Shown here: positions 26,330-35,831 of the stretch, in pieces
How positions within the stretch are numbered: the stretch's first letter is position 1
Layout of the letters: each line of letters opens with the position of its first letter
DNA from: Candidatus Binatia bacterium
GTDB lineage: Bacteria > Desulfobacterota > Binatia > UBA9968
Assembly (NCBI GenBank): GCA_036555515.1
Contig: DATBLC010000344.1
Location: forward strand, 14,958 to 78,957
Direction of reading: 5' to 3'
DNA: 64,000 nucleotides
Notes under the pieces: generated by a model
Seen by the model: only the letters and a program-made list of their open reading frames with translations
Told to the model about the DNA's origin: nothing
Database searches by the model: none
Translations under genes and position numbers: made by a program

Positions 26330-28798
26330 CTAGCGTCTGAACAAACCCTCCAAACCTCTGCGAATCAGGTCTTCGGCCGGGGCTCGTTTTTTTTTCTTGT
26401 CATCGGCGGGCGCGTCATCCTTCGGCGCGGTGGTTTCCCTTCCGCCAAAGAAACGATTTTGCAGTTCCTCAGCCCCCTTTCGGAAAAATCCGCGTTGCAC
26501 CATCTGCCCGAGATAATTTATGTCGGGCTTGGGTTTCACGTTGGGCATTCGTCCAGATAAAACGAACGGCACCTCGAGCTGGCCTTGATCGTTCAAAAGA
26601 TACTTCGTTTCCCGCGCCGACTGGGCAAGATCGGCGGACAGCGGCCGTGAAAAATTTATCGTGGCACGAAAATCGATCTTACGATCAAAATCCGCCCAAC
26701 CTTTTCCCTGTACGATGAAATCGGCGGCGGACATGCGCAGGTTTTTGACATTCGTGCGGCCGTCCGCCAGATCGAAGCTCGCTCTTAATTCCTTGAACTC
26801 CGTGTCCTTCGCGGCAAACGTTTCCGGATACTTCCTGCGCAGTGCCGGACTGATCATGTTGGTCAGTCCGGGTATACCGGTGATGCCCGTGAGCGCGCCT
26901 TCGGCGATGTTGAAATTGAGCAATGCGCCCTGCACCACCTCGGCTTCGCCTTGACCGCGCAAATTCGGTTTAATCTCGTCCCAGCTCTTACCGTTGCCCG
27001 AGAGCTTCATATCGGCGTTCATCCGTCCACGGATATCGCGCTCGGCTTTCGTATCGAGAGCGGCATAGAGTTCCTTGACATCGATGCCCTGCACTCTCGA
27101 CGCCACGGCGAAACGCGGCACCGGATCTTTGAACGCGTACTCGCCCTCTAATTGCACGGAGCCGCTCAAGGCATTGACCCGAAGGCTCTGGACGTTGGCG
27201 ACTTTGTCCGCCAAGGAAAGCGTCGCATCGAGACCCTTGTATGCGACATTGTAGAGCGTTCCATCCGCCGAGCTGAGTTTTCCTCGATACACCATGTTGT
27301 CGCCGGCCATGATGAACTGCCCCTCGCTGCGCAAGTTTCGGATGACGTCCGCTTTGCGTTCCTCGGCGAGAGACGATTTGTAATCCGCCGGGTAAAGCTC
27401 CGCGGTAGACATCTTGTAAGACAGGGTCAACGGCGAGAATTTCTCTACCGCCGCCGCGAGGCGAATCCTGGACTTTCCCAGGCTCAAGCTCATATCGCTG
27501 ATGTCGGCCCTCTGGCCTGTGAATTGAATGCTTGTGTCGAGGTTCTCGATCGGTCTGGGAAACTCGGGAGGTTTGGCGCTGGCATTTTTCAACCTCAGCG
27601 TGCCCTGAAGTTGTGGCGCGGCGCCTTTGCCGACTTTTCCGCCCACCTTCATTCGCACTTCCATCGTGCCCGCTAGCTGGTAGCTCGCGACGGCGGGAAT
27701 AATTTTGTCCCAGCCTTCTAAAGAAGCGGGCTTGGAATCGACGGAGAGGTTGAGTGCCGGGCTGTCGCCTAGCCGAACGTCTCCCGCACTTGCCAGCTCC
27801 AAGGTGTGGAGCTTGAGAAGACCTTTGCGAATGTTCACCCGGCCCCCGGCGTAGCGCGCATCGGCGCTCAACGTCAAAGGAATACCTGGTGCCTTTTGAA
27901 AGGTCTTCCCGTAACGCAGAGCGCCCTCGGTGCCAACGATCTCGCCGTTTACCGCGAGGTCCTGGAGCGTTCCCTTAAATCTAAGACCCTTGACGCGAAA
28001 CACGCCCGCGAGATCCAACTCCTTGGGCAGAGCGTTTAACAACCTCGGCGCCGCCGCTTTCAATCGCGTCATATCGAGCGGATCGAAGTGGATTTCACCG
28101 TCCAACGGTAAGCGGCTGAAGTCACCGTCGGAGCTGAGAGGGCCTACCTTGCTCGTCAGTTCAAGGTTTTGCTTGTCGGCGAAAACCGCGCCGGCAAGCT
28201 TAACGGAAAAGGGCTTCGCGAAATCGAAATCTTCTACCTTGAGGTCGATTTGCCGTAGCCGCAAGTCTGTCGCTTCTTTGCGGTCGATAAAGTGTATGTC
28301 GCCGCCGGAGATATCGACCAACGAAACGAGGAATGCGGGCGGACTTTTTTCTTTCGGCTCGGGCGATTTCTTTTCCCTTTCGGTCGCCTTTTTCTTTTGC
28401 TTGTCGTTGTTCCCGACGCTGGAAAAATTGAAATTACCCTGCGCGTTACGAATGACGCGGATTACCGGATCGTGGAGGATCACTCGTTTGATCCGCGCCT
28501 CCTTTTTCAACAAAGGCCAGAATTTGAGGTTGACCTGAAGATCCTTCGCGCGCACGAAGTCGCCGGAGGCGTAATCCGGATCGTCCGCCATGGCGAAGTT
28601 TGTGAGTCGCACGCCGATGCCGCCGATTAGCGTCGCCTCCACCTCGTTCACTGATATCTTTCGCCCGAGGGCCTGTTCGGCTTGACGGAGAAGATAATCT
28701 TTGTTGCGCGCAATCAGAGAATTGACACTGAGCAAGCCCACGATCGCAAGGGCAACAAGAGAAAATAATACGACGCCGGCTATGATCCACTTCCGCAT
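26330..28798 (-). CDS. AsmA-family outer-membrane biogenesis protein
   Basis: 822 aa with an N-terminal TM anchor, a long beta-rich repetitive body, and a C-terminal AsmA-like region. Confidence 0.8.
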   Translation of the reverse strand: MRKWIIAGVVLFSLVALAIVGLLSVNSLIARNKDYLLRQAEQALGRKISVNEVEATLIGGIGVRLTNFAMADDPDYASGDFVRAKDLQVNLKFWPLLKKEARIKRVILHDPVIRVIRNAQGNFNFSSVGNNDKQKKKATEREKKSPEPKEKSPPAFLVSLVDISGGDIHFIDRKEATDLRLRQIDLKVEDFDFAKPFSVKLAGAVFADKQNLELTSKVGPLSSDGDFSRLPLDGEIHFDPLDMTRLKAAAPRLLNALPKELDLAGVFRVKGLRFKGTLQDLAVNGEIVGTEGALRYGKTFQKAPGIPLTLSADARYAGGRVNIRKGLLKLHTLELASAGDVRLGDSPALNLSVDSKPASLEGWDKIIPAVASYQLAGTMEVRMKVGGKVGKGAAPQLQGTLRLKNASAKPPEFPRPIENLDTSIQFTGQRADISDMSLSLGKSRIRLAAAVEKFSPLTLSYKMSTAELYPADYKSSLAEERKADVIRNLRSEGQFIMAGDNMVYRGKLSSADGTLYNVAYKGLDATLSLADKVANVQSLRVNALSGSVQLEGEYAFKDPVPRFAVASRVQGIDVKELYAALDTKAERDIRGRMNADMKLSGNGKSWDEIKPNLRGQGEAEVVQGALLNFNIAEGALTGITGIPGLTNMISPALRRKYPETFAAKDTEFKELRASFDLADGRTNVKNLRMSAADFIVQGKGWADFDRKIDFRATINFSRPLSADLAQSARETKYLLNDQGQLEVPFVLSGRMPNVKPKPDINYLGQMVQRGFFRKGAEELQNRFFGGRETTAPKDDAPADDKKKKRAPAEDLIRRGLEGLFRR

Positions 28799-29084
28799 GT
28801 CAGCCCTCCTCGATAAGAAACCACGCGCTGTGTTCGACCATCGCAGCGCCGCCCTAAGGCGAATGGCCAGAGACAGGCATGAAAGAGACCGTGGAAGTCG
28901 AAGTTAAACTGACTTCTTTTGCTATGAAAAGTTTAACGGCATAACCCCTCCGGTTCAACCTCCGGGTTCGTACTGTTACACTGGATCGTTGAATGTCCAT
29001 AAATATCGCAACCTTGCCGTCCAGAGTATACAAATCATGGCTTTACGGTACCGGCAAGAATTTCAGCGAAGAAGTTGGCAACTG

Positions 29085-29365
29085 TTACCGACGCACTGCC
29101 GCATCCTGCGCGTCGTATGAACTCTTGGCCGTGGCGATCACCAGGCCGGGAACGAGAGCAGCCATAGTCGCGATCAGCCCCATGCCAGCTTTATGACATC
29201 CTTGGAGTCCTCCGTGAGATGATGTTCGGGCATAACTGCGCGGAGGAACATTCCAAGCAGCGCGCCGCCGAACACACACGCGAATACAATCAAGGCGATT
29301 TTAGTCGGGATCATGAGTGAACTGTCGGCTCTGGGTATCCCGGAACCCGTAATTACGAGCCGCAA
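29085..29365 (-). pseudogene. Decayed fragment of a membrane-protein gene (frameshifted and truncated)
   Basis: MIPTKIALIVFACVFGGALLGMFLRAVMPEHHLTEDSKDVIKL in one frame continues as GLIATMAALVPGLVIATAKSSYDAQ in another frame, then stops. Located in a local low-GC patch. Confidence 0.3.
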
Positions 29366-29563
29366 AATCAGCAGGAATATCCGCCAACAAGCCGCGCCTT
29401 GTCAATCTCTACTCCCGACAAACGCTCTCCCTGCACCGGGTATCCAGATATCACCCTGCGGTGTAGCACGGTAGCGATCACAAAAATTCCCGCCCAAGAA
29501 AACAAACTCGCCCATTGAAGAGCAACGTCAGAGCCGATCAGTGGAGACTCGGATAAGCCTTCA

Positions 29564-30052
29564 TTACCTGGTTGCGCCATGCTTCCGAACTCGCACGAAG
29601 TTCACCATCTTCATGCTCATCACCACTTCGTGTTTTTGATTCAGGACCTCGATAAAAGTCCGCACGATGCCGCGATCGGGGCGGGATTCGGAGCGGCGGG
29701 ATTCCAAAATAGTTGCGCGGACCGACAATCGATCGCCGGGACAGACGGGTTTGTCCCAGCGCAATTCATCGCCGCCCGGCGAGCCGAGGTTGGCGACCTT
29801 GGAAAGGTAATTCTCCGTATAGACGCGCATCATCAGGGCGGCGGTGTGCCAGCCGCTGGCGATCAAGCCGCCATAGATGCTCTTTTTCGCAGCTTCCTTG
29901 TCAACGTGATAAGAGAGAGGTACGTAACGTTTGCCGAACTCAAGCACCTCTTCTTCGTCAACATCGATGGAACCAAATTCATGCACGGCTCCCGGGACGT
30001 AATCCTCAAAGTAGCGATCCTCGGGCGGATGGGCGAAACCGGAACTGCGCAT
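29564..30052 (-). CDS. MaoC-like (R)-specific enoyl-CoA hydratase / hotdog-fold dehydratase
   Basis: 162 aa from ATG 30052. Hotdog motifs YHVDKEAAKKSIYGGLIASGWHT. Confidence 0.78.
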   Translation of the reverse strand: MRSSGFAHPPEDRYFEDYVPGAVHEFGSIDVDEEEVLEFGKRYVPLSYHVDKEAAKKSIYGGLIASGWHTAALMMRVYTENYLSKVANLGSPGGDELRWDKPVCPGDRLSVRATILESRRSESRPDRGIVRTFIEVLNQKHEVVMSMKMVNFVRVRKHGATR

Positions 30053-30100
30053 AGACTTTAATTTACTACAGAATATCACCAAGAAGGCACGCCAAATAAG

Positions 30101-30150
30101 ACGTTCAAGAAGTTCAAAACGTCCGGATGTTCGACGGCTTGAACTGAACC
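30101..30150. repeat. GTTCAA-array hairpin element
   Basis: GTTCAAGAAGTTCAAAACGTCCGGATGTTCGACGGCTTGAACTGAAC, with a CCGGAT..CGACGG central loop. Confidence 0.6.
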
Positions 30151-30190
30151 CGATGCAAACAGCTCATTTGCTCACTGTGGGTTAATTTTC

Positions 30191-30829
30191 TTATAGCTGT
30201 TGGCTTGCTTGTGCCAGGCGCAGTATTCCCCTCACCTTGGCGGCGATATCGTCGGCCCCCAGGATATCGCTGATGATCGCCGCCGAATGCGCGCCATTTT
30301 GCCAGACCTGGGCGAGGTTTTGTTCTTTGATGCCGCCGATCGCGACGATGGGAATTTTTACCGCCTCGCGAATCTGGCGTAGCATCTCTACCCCACGGGC
30401 GGCGTAGCCGGTTTCCTTTGTCGTCGTGCCGAACATGGGGCCGAAGCCGATATAGTCGGCGCCGCCGCTCTCGGCGTCGGTGGCTTGGTCGACACTGTGG
30501 GTCGAGATGCCGATGATTTTTCCCGCGATCAATTTCCGGGCGGCGCCGAGCGGCAGGTCTTCCTGTCCGAGATGGACGCCGTCGGCGTCGCATGCGAGTG
30601 CGATATCGACCCGGTCATTGACGATTAGCTTGCAGCCGAGGGCGCGGGTCAGCGCACGCGCTTCCCGCGCCAGGGCGAGAAAATCTCGTGGGGCCATAAT
30701 TTTCGCGCGCAGCTGCACGATGCCAGCGCCGCCCGCTAACAATTGGCGCAACACGAATAGCCCATCGCGCCCCTTGGTCTGTTCGGGATCGAGAATCGCG
30801 TAGAGCGGCGGCAAGTCGAGCGGCGGCAT
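30191..30829 (-). CDS. thiE: Thiamine-phosphate synthase
   Basis: 212 aa. VQLRAK, HLGQEDLP and AIGGI motifs. Confidence 0.9.
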   Translation of the reverse strand: MPPLDLPPLYAILDPEQTKGRDGLFVLRQLLAGGAGIVQLRAKIMAPRDFLALAREARALTRALGCKLIVNDRVDIALACDADGVHLGQEDLPLGAARKLIAGKIIGISTHSVDQATDAESGGADYIGFGPMFGTTTKETGYAARGVEMLRQIREAVKIPIVAIGGIKEQNLAQVWQNGAHSAAIISDILGADDIAAKVRGILRLAQASQQL

Positions 30830-30836
30830 GAAACGG

Positions 30837-32282
30837 TCAGCTGTTTTCTTTTCTGATCTCGATGTGCAGATCGGCGATTTTTTTTCTGAGCGTATTGCGG
30901 TTGATGCCGAGGATCTGCGCGGCGCGGATCTGATTGCCGCGGGTTTTTTTGAGCGTCAATTCGATCAACGGACGCTCGATTCTTTCGATGACCAGTGAGT
31001 AGAGATTGTCGACATCCACGCCTTCGGTGCGGCGGAAGTAGTCTTCAAGCTTGTGCCGGATGATCTCTTCGAGGGAGAGCTGGTCCACCTCGATGGGAGC
31101 CGCGTTGGGGCGATCCTGGAGGGTGAAATCCTTGGGGAAAAGGATCGGGCCGGAGGCCAGCACCGCCGCGCGGATCAGCGTGTTCTCGAGCTCGCGCACG
31201 TTGCCCGGCCAAGAGTGATCTTCCAAGAGCCTTTGCGCGTCGAGGGAGACGCCGGAGATCTGAATACCCATCTCGCGATTGATCTTATCGATGAAGTAAC
31301 CGATCAGCAGCGGGATGTCGCCGCGCCGCTCGCGCAGCGGCGGCAGCACAATAGGAATAACTTTCAAGCGAAAATAAAGGTCCTCGCGAAAGCGTTTCTC
31401 CTTGACCGCTTTTTCCAGGTCATGGTTGGTGGCCGCCAGGATACGCACATCGGCTTTCAGCACTTCGCGTCCGCCCACGCGGCTGTACTCGTGATCCTGC
31501 AGGACGCGCAGTAGTTTGGCCTGCAACTCCAGGGGAATGTCGCCCACTTCGTCGAAAAAAAGCGTGCCGCCCTCGGCGAGTTCGAACTTGCCTGCGCGCC
31601 GGTCAAGGGCGCCGGTAAAGGCGCCCTTTTCATGGCCGAAGAGTTCGCTCTCCAGAAGGTCGCGGGGGATGGCCGCGCAGTTGAGCGCCATGAAGGGCTG
31701 ATTCCAGCGCGGCGAGTTATAGTGAATCGTCTTGGCGACGAGTTCCTTACCGGTGCCGCTTTCTCCTAAAATTAAAATCGTCGCCTGCGTGTCCGCTACT
31801 TGCCCGATGGTTTTGTAGACCTTTTGCATGGCCGCGCTGGTGCCGATGATGTTGATGCCAGGCTCGAAGCGTTTTTTGATTTCTTCTTTAAGCTCGCGGA
31901 AGTCCTGCGTCAGTTTGCGGCTTTCCATGGCGCGTTTGACCAGCACCAGTACCTCGTCGAGGTCGAAGGGCTTGGTGATGTAATCGAAGGCGCCGGTCTT
32001 CATGGCGCCAATGGCGTTACGCATGGTGTTCTGCGCCGTCATGAGAATCATCGCGGTGTCGACGCCGGCCTCTTTGAATTCCTTGAGTAGCTCGACCCCG
32101 TCGGCGTCCGGCAGTTTGATGTCCATCAGCGAGACGTCGAAGTGAACTTCGTCGAGGCGGCGGCGCGCGGTGGCGCCGTTGGCCGCCGTCTGGACCCAAT
32201 AGCCTTCGTTTTCCAGGGCCTTTTGCAGCACGAAACGGAGCGACTCTTCGTCCTCGGTCACTAGTATCTTTCCCTGGTCCAT
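30837..32282 (-). CDS. Sigma54-dependent response regulator (NtrC family: receiver, AAA+, Fis-type HTH)
   Basis: Receiver with D-containing LMDIKLPD, Walker [15 protein letters not shown] loop, C-terminal HTH. Confidence 0.9.
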   Translation of the reverse strand: MDQGKILVTEDEESLRFVLQKALENEGYWVQTAANGATARRRLDEVHFDVSLMDIKLPDADGVELLKEFKEAGVDTAMILMTAQNTMRNAIGAMKTGAFDYITKPFDLDEVLVLVKRAMESRKLTQDFRELKEEIKKRFEPGINIIGTSAAMQKVYKTIGQVADTQATILILGESGTGKELVAKTIHYNSPRWNQPFMALNCAAIPRDLLESELFGHEKGAFTGALDRRAGKFELAEGGTLFFDEVGDIPLELQAKLLRVLQDHEYSRVGGREVLKADVRILAATNHDLEKAVKEKRFREDLYFRLKVIPIVLPPLRERRGDIPLLIGYFIDKINREMGIQISGVSLDAQRLLEDHSWPGNVRELENTLIRAAVLASGPILFPKDFTLQDRPNAAPIEVDQLSLEEIIRHKLEDYFRRTEGVDVDNLYSLVIERIERPLIELTLKKTRGNQIRAAQILGINRNTLRKKIADLHIEIRKENS

Positions 32283-32286
32283 CGCT

Positions 32287-33396
32287 TTACTCTGCCACCA
32301 CCAGTGAAACTTTGAAAGTGGTTCCCTTGCACTCGGTGCTTTCGACGCGAATCAGGCCGCCATGTTCATTGATAACGCGATAGCTGGTCGCCAGACCGAG
32401 GCCGGTGCCGGAGTTTTTCGTAGTGAAAAAAGGCGAGAAGATATGCGGCAGATCTTCCTCTTTGATTCCCGCGCCGTCGTCGGTGATATCGACCCAGATG
32501 AAGCGGCTGCGGTCACTCCCTTGGGCGCGGATGTGAAAGTCGGTTTCCAGCCGGGTGGCCAGCGTCAAGGTGCCGCCGTGCTCCATGGCCTGGTAGGCGT
32601 TCTTCACGAGATTGAGAAAAACCTGCATAAGCTGGGCGCGGTCGCCTTTGATGGGCGGAAGACTCGGGTCGAAGAGCTTTTTTACCGTTAGCTTTTTTTC
32701 CGGTGCCGTCTGGCCTTCCAGTAAAAGCACTTCTTCCAAGATTTCATGGATGTTTAGCGGGGTAAAGTTTAATTGCCAGGGTCGCGACAAATCCAGGAGC
32801 TGTTCGATGAGCTGGTTTACACGATCCACCTCGCGAATCATGATGTCCGTATAGGCAAAGAGCGAGGCGTCGCCTTCGACGGCGCGGCGCAGGAGTTGCG
32901 CCGCGCCTTTAATGCCGCCGAGGGGATTGCGGATCTCGTGCGCCAGACCGGCCGCCAAGGTGCCCATCAACGCCAGCCGGTCGGCCCGTTTGAGGTCCTC
33001 TTCCAGTTCTTTGCGGCGTTTGTCATCGCGCAGGAGAAGAATAGTGCCGATGAAATCGCCGGCGTCGTCCTGGAGCGGCGACGCCGTAATGCTGACCGGA
33101 GTCTTTTGTCCCCGGCGCATGACAAAATTGCCTTCGCCCCTAGCGCTTTCCTGGCGCGGCGGCTGGGTTTTTTTCGCTAGTTCCAAGAGCCAGGGCTCGC
33201 GTTTAAAAAGCTGCTGCAGAGGTTTGCGTCGGGCGCTGGCAGCCGAAATCTCAGTGAGCGTTTCCGCGGCCTCATTGAAGAAGACAATTCTCCCCTCAGG
33301 ATCCACGGTGATTACGCCGTCCTCCAGACTGATAAGAATCCGCTGCCAGAAATTTTCGCTGGATGGTGGTTTTTTTGCTTCGCTCAAGGCTTTCAC
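32287..33396 (-). CDS. Cytoplasmic PAS sensor histidine kinase (NtrB-like)
   Basis: PAS region, H-box GLAHEIRNPL, N/G1/G2 boxes (NLVKNA, DDGAGI, GTGLGL). 4 nt from the regulator gene. Confidence 0.85.
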   Translation of the reverse strand: MKALSEAKKPPSSENFWQRILISLEDGVITVDPEGRIVFFNEAAETLTEISAASARRKPLQQLFKREPWLLELAKKTQPPRQESARGEGNFVMRRGQKTPVSITASPLQDDAGDFIGTILLLRDDKRRKELEEDLKRADRLALMGTLAAGLAHEIRNPLGGIKGAAQLLRRAVEGDASLFAYTDIMIREVDRVNQLIEQLLDLSRPWQLNFTPLNIHEILEEVLLLEGQTAPEKKLTVKKLFDPSLPPIKGDRAQLMQVFLNLVKNAYQAMEHGGTLTLATRLETDFHIRAQGSDRSRFIWVDITDDGAGIKEEDLPHIFSPFFTTKNSGTGLGLATSYRVINEHGGLIRVESTECKGTTFKVSLVVAE

Positions 33397-33470
33397 CGAG
33401 GTTTACATTGGAGCTAGCCCAGATTGCCTTTGGGGCGAACGGCTGCGGTGCAGAAAAAATTTGCTTCAAT

Positions 33471-33506
33471 GTTCAAGGATCCGGATTAGAACTCAGAATC
33501 TTGAAC
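33471..33506. repeat. Short GTTCAAG/CTTGAAC hairpin
   Basis: GTTCAAGGATCCGGATTAGAACTCAGAATCTTGAAC. Confidence 0.5.
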
Positions 33507-33733
33507 GCCATGGGCCGCGACGCGACCTTGCCGTCAAGACCGCATCGTGATGTTACCGCGGTCCATGAACAACGACGAAGAATCATAGCAAATGCCCCAG
33601 AGCGCGCAATCGCACCGGCGTCCTTCGAGGCCTTGCAATGACCTCAGGCGCTATGTTAAAAAAATCTTACACTTTAAGGGTTTTACTCGAAGTGGGCCTT
33701 GCCCGCTTTTTTTGTTTTTGGGCCTGAAAAAAG

Positions 33734-34201
33734 ATGGATGCGACCGTGCGGCGGGTCTGGCAGCTTGCGGCGCCATTGGCAGAGCGCGAGGGCATGGAGA
33801 TAGTCGAAATCGAGTTTCGCCGCGAAGGCGGTCGCTCCGGGCGCGTGCTGCGTCTCTATTTGGATAAAGAAGGCGGCCCGAACATGGATGATTTGGGTCG
33901 GATGAGCCGGGCGTTGGGGGACGTTCTCGATGCCGAGGACGCAGTCGACGGCGCCTATACGCTTGAAGTCTCGTCACCGGGCATCAACCGCCCGCTGACG
34001 CGGCCGGAACATTTCTCCCGTTTCGTCGGCAAGCGCATCCGCGTGCGCACTCGGGAGATGATCGGCGGCCGGCGCTCGTTCCTCGGCATTCTCGGTAAAG
34101 TGGTTGAAGATAGAATCATATTGATACAGGACGGGACGGAATTTCAGATTCCATTTTCCATGATCGAAAAATCCAATTACGAGCATGACTGGAGCGCGTA
34201 A
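33734..34201 (+). CDS. rimP: Ribosome maturation factor RimP
   Basis: 155 aa. LEVSSPGINRPL motif; directly upstream of nusA. Confidence 0.9.
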   Translation: MDATVRRVWQLAAPLAEREGMEIVEIEFRREGGRSGRVLRLYLDKEGGPNMDDLGRMSRALGDVLDAEDAVDGAYTLEVSSPGINRPLTRPEHFSRFVGKRIRVRTREMIGGRRSFLGILGKVVEDRIILIQDGTEFQIPFSMIEKSNYEHDWSA

Positions 34202-34202
34202 C

Positions 34203-35540
34203 ATGCAGCAAGATCTCAATCGCGTCATCGAACAGGTGAGCAAAGAAAAAGGCATCGACAAAGCGATACTCATCGGCGCCCTGGAAAACGCCATGGTGTC
34301 GGCGGCCAAAAAGACCTTCGGTCACCAGCGCAAAATCGAGGCGCAGTTCAATCCGGAGATCGGCGAGGTGGAGCTGTTCGAAGCCAAAACGGTGGTAGAA
34401 ACCGTGCAGGACCCCGAAGTCGAGATCACATTGGATGAGGCGCGCGAGAATCTCGATCCCGATGCCGAGATGGGCGACGAGCTTCTATGCAAGCTCGATT
34501 CCAGCAAGTTCGGGCGTATCGCCGCGCAGGCTGCCAAGCAAAATATCGTGCAGCGCGTGCGCGACGCGGAGCGGGAAATAATTTTCAACGAATTCAAAGG
34601 GCGCGAGGGACAGCTCGTGAATGGCATCGTGCAGCGCTTCGAGAAACGCAACATCATCGTGAATCTCGGCCGCACCGACGCGATCCTGCCGGAAAAAGAG
34701 CAGGTGCCGCGGGAGCGCTACCGCCAGGGCGACCGGATTCGCGCCTATATCGTCAGCGTCGAAATCACCGGCCGCGGGCCGCAGATCGTGCTGTCGCGCA
34801 CTCATCCCGGCATGTTGATTAAACTCTTCGAGCAAGAGGTGCCGGAAATCTACGAAGGCATCGTCGAGGTCAAAGGCGCGGCTAGGGAGCCCGGCGGGCG
34901 GGCGAAGATCGCGGTGGTATCCAACGACCCCGATGTGGATCCCGTGGGCGCCTGCGTCGGCATGAAAGGCACGCGCGTCCAATCGGTGGTTCAGGAATTG
35001 CGGGGGGAGAAAATCGACATTGTGCACTGGATTCCTGATCAGGCGGAGTATGTTTGCCGGGCGCTGGCGCCGGCCAAGGTGTCCAAAATCATCATCGACG
35101 ACGACGAGCACAGCATGGAAGTTGTGGTGCCGGACGACCAGCTCTCCCTTGCGATCGGCAAAAAAGGCCAAAATGTCAGGCTCGCTTCCCGTCTGACCGG
35201 CTGGCGCATCGACGTGTGCAGTGAGGCGGAGGCCGAAGAAGAAACCCGGCGCACGCGCCAATCCATCGGCGCTATCCCCGGCATCGGCGACATCGCCGCG
35301 GAGCTACTCTACCAAGCGGGGTTTAAATCCGCTGAGGATGTGGCTCAGAGCGATCTGGAAGAGATTATGGACGTGGAAGGGATCAGCAAAGAAAAAGCCG
35401 AATCATTGCACAAGTCAGCGAAGGACTATGTAGAGGAGAAACAGCGCAAAGAGGCGGAAGCGGCGGCGGCGTTGGCGTTGGCACAGCAGCAGGCGGAAAG
35501 CGCCGCGGCTGCGGAACTGGGGGCGAGCAAGGAAGCTTGA
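34203..35540 (+). CDS. nusA: Transcription termination/antitermination factor NusA
   Basis: S1 and two KH domains ([25 protein letters not shown]) with a C-terminal acidic repeat. Confidence 0.95.
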   Translation: MQQDLNRVIEQVSKEKGIDKAILIGALENAMVSAAKKTFGHQRKIEAQFNPEIGEVELFEAKTVVETVQDPEVEITLDEARENLDPDAEMGDELLCKLDSSKFGRIAAQAAKQNIVQRVRDAEREIIFNEFKGREGQLVNGIVQRFEKRNIIVNLGRTDAILPEKEQVPRERYRQGDRIRAYIVSVEITGRGPQIVLSRTHPGMLIKLFEQEVPEIYEGIVEVKGAAREPGGRAKIAVVSNDPDVDPVGACVGMKGTRVQSVVQELRGEKIDIVHWIPDQAEYVCRALAPAKVSKIIIDDDEHSMEVVVPDDQLSLAIGKKGQNVRLASRLTGWRIDVCSEAEAEEETRRTRQSIGAIPGIGDIAAELLYQAGFKSAEDVAQSDLEEIMDVEGISKEKAESLHKSAKDYVEEKQRKEAEAAAALALAQQQAESAAAAELGASKEA

Positions 35541-35555
35541 GCGAGCAGGCGCCCT

Positions 35556-35828
35556 GTGGCGAGGCGGCAACACGCCCCACGCCGGACCTGTTTGGGCTGC
35601 GGTGCTCGAGATGATCGGGGCCAGTTGATCCGTTTGCGCGCCGGCGCCCAGGGCGAATTGATCGCCGACAATAGCCGGGCCGGCCGGGGCGGTTATCTGC
35701 ACTGTGCCCGGGAGTGTTGGGAAAAATTCTTACGGCGCAAGAGTGTATATCGCGCCTTTCACAGGGATATTGCTAAGAGTGAGAAAGTAAAGCTGGTTCA
35801 GGAGTTAATGGAGCGACACGGAGAATAA
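35556..35828 (+). CDS. ylxR: YlxR/RnpM (DUF448) RNA-binding protein
   Basis: RTCLGCG...GRGAYL-like motif (RTCLGCGARDDRGQLIRL, GRGGYLHC); between nusA and infB. Confidence 0.8.
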   Translation: MARRQHAPRRTCLGCGARDDRGQLIRLRAGAQGELIADNSRAGRGGYLHCARECWEKFLRRKSVYRAFHRDIAKSEKVKLVQELMERHGE

Positions 35829-35831
35829 CAG

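Noticed and set aside
29368-29580. 70-aa ORF overlapping the MaoC-like gene end as a real small membrane protein.
   Set aside because: No RBS, a 17-nt overlap, and a position within the decayed low-GC patch. The evidence is insufficient.
33440-33475. TTTGGGGCGAACGGCTGCGG resembles the 5' end of a tmRNA.
   Set aside because: There is no downstream tag ORF, no T-arm and no CCA-type 3' end within 400 nt.
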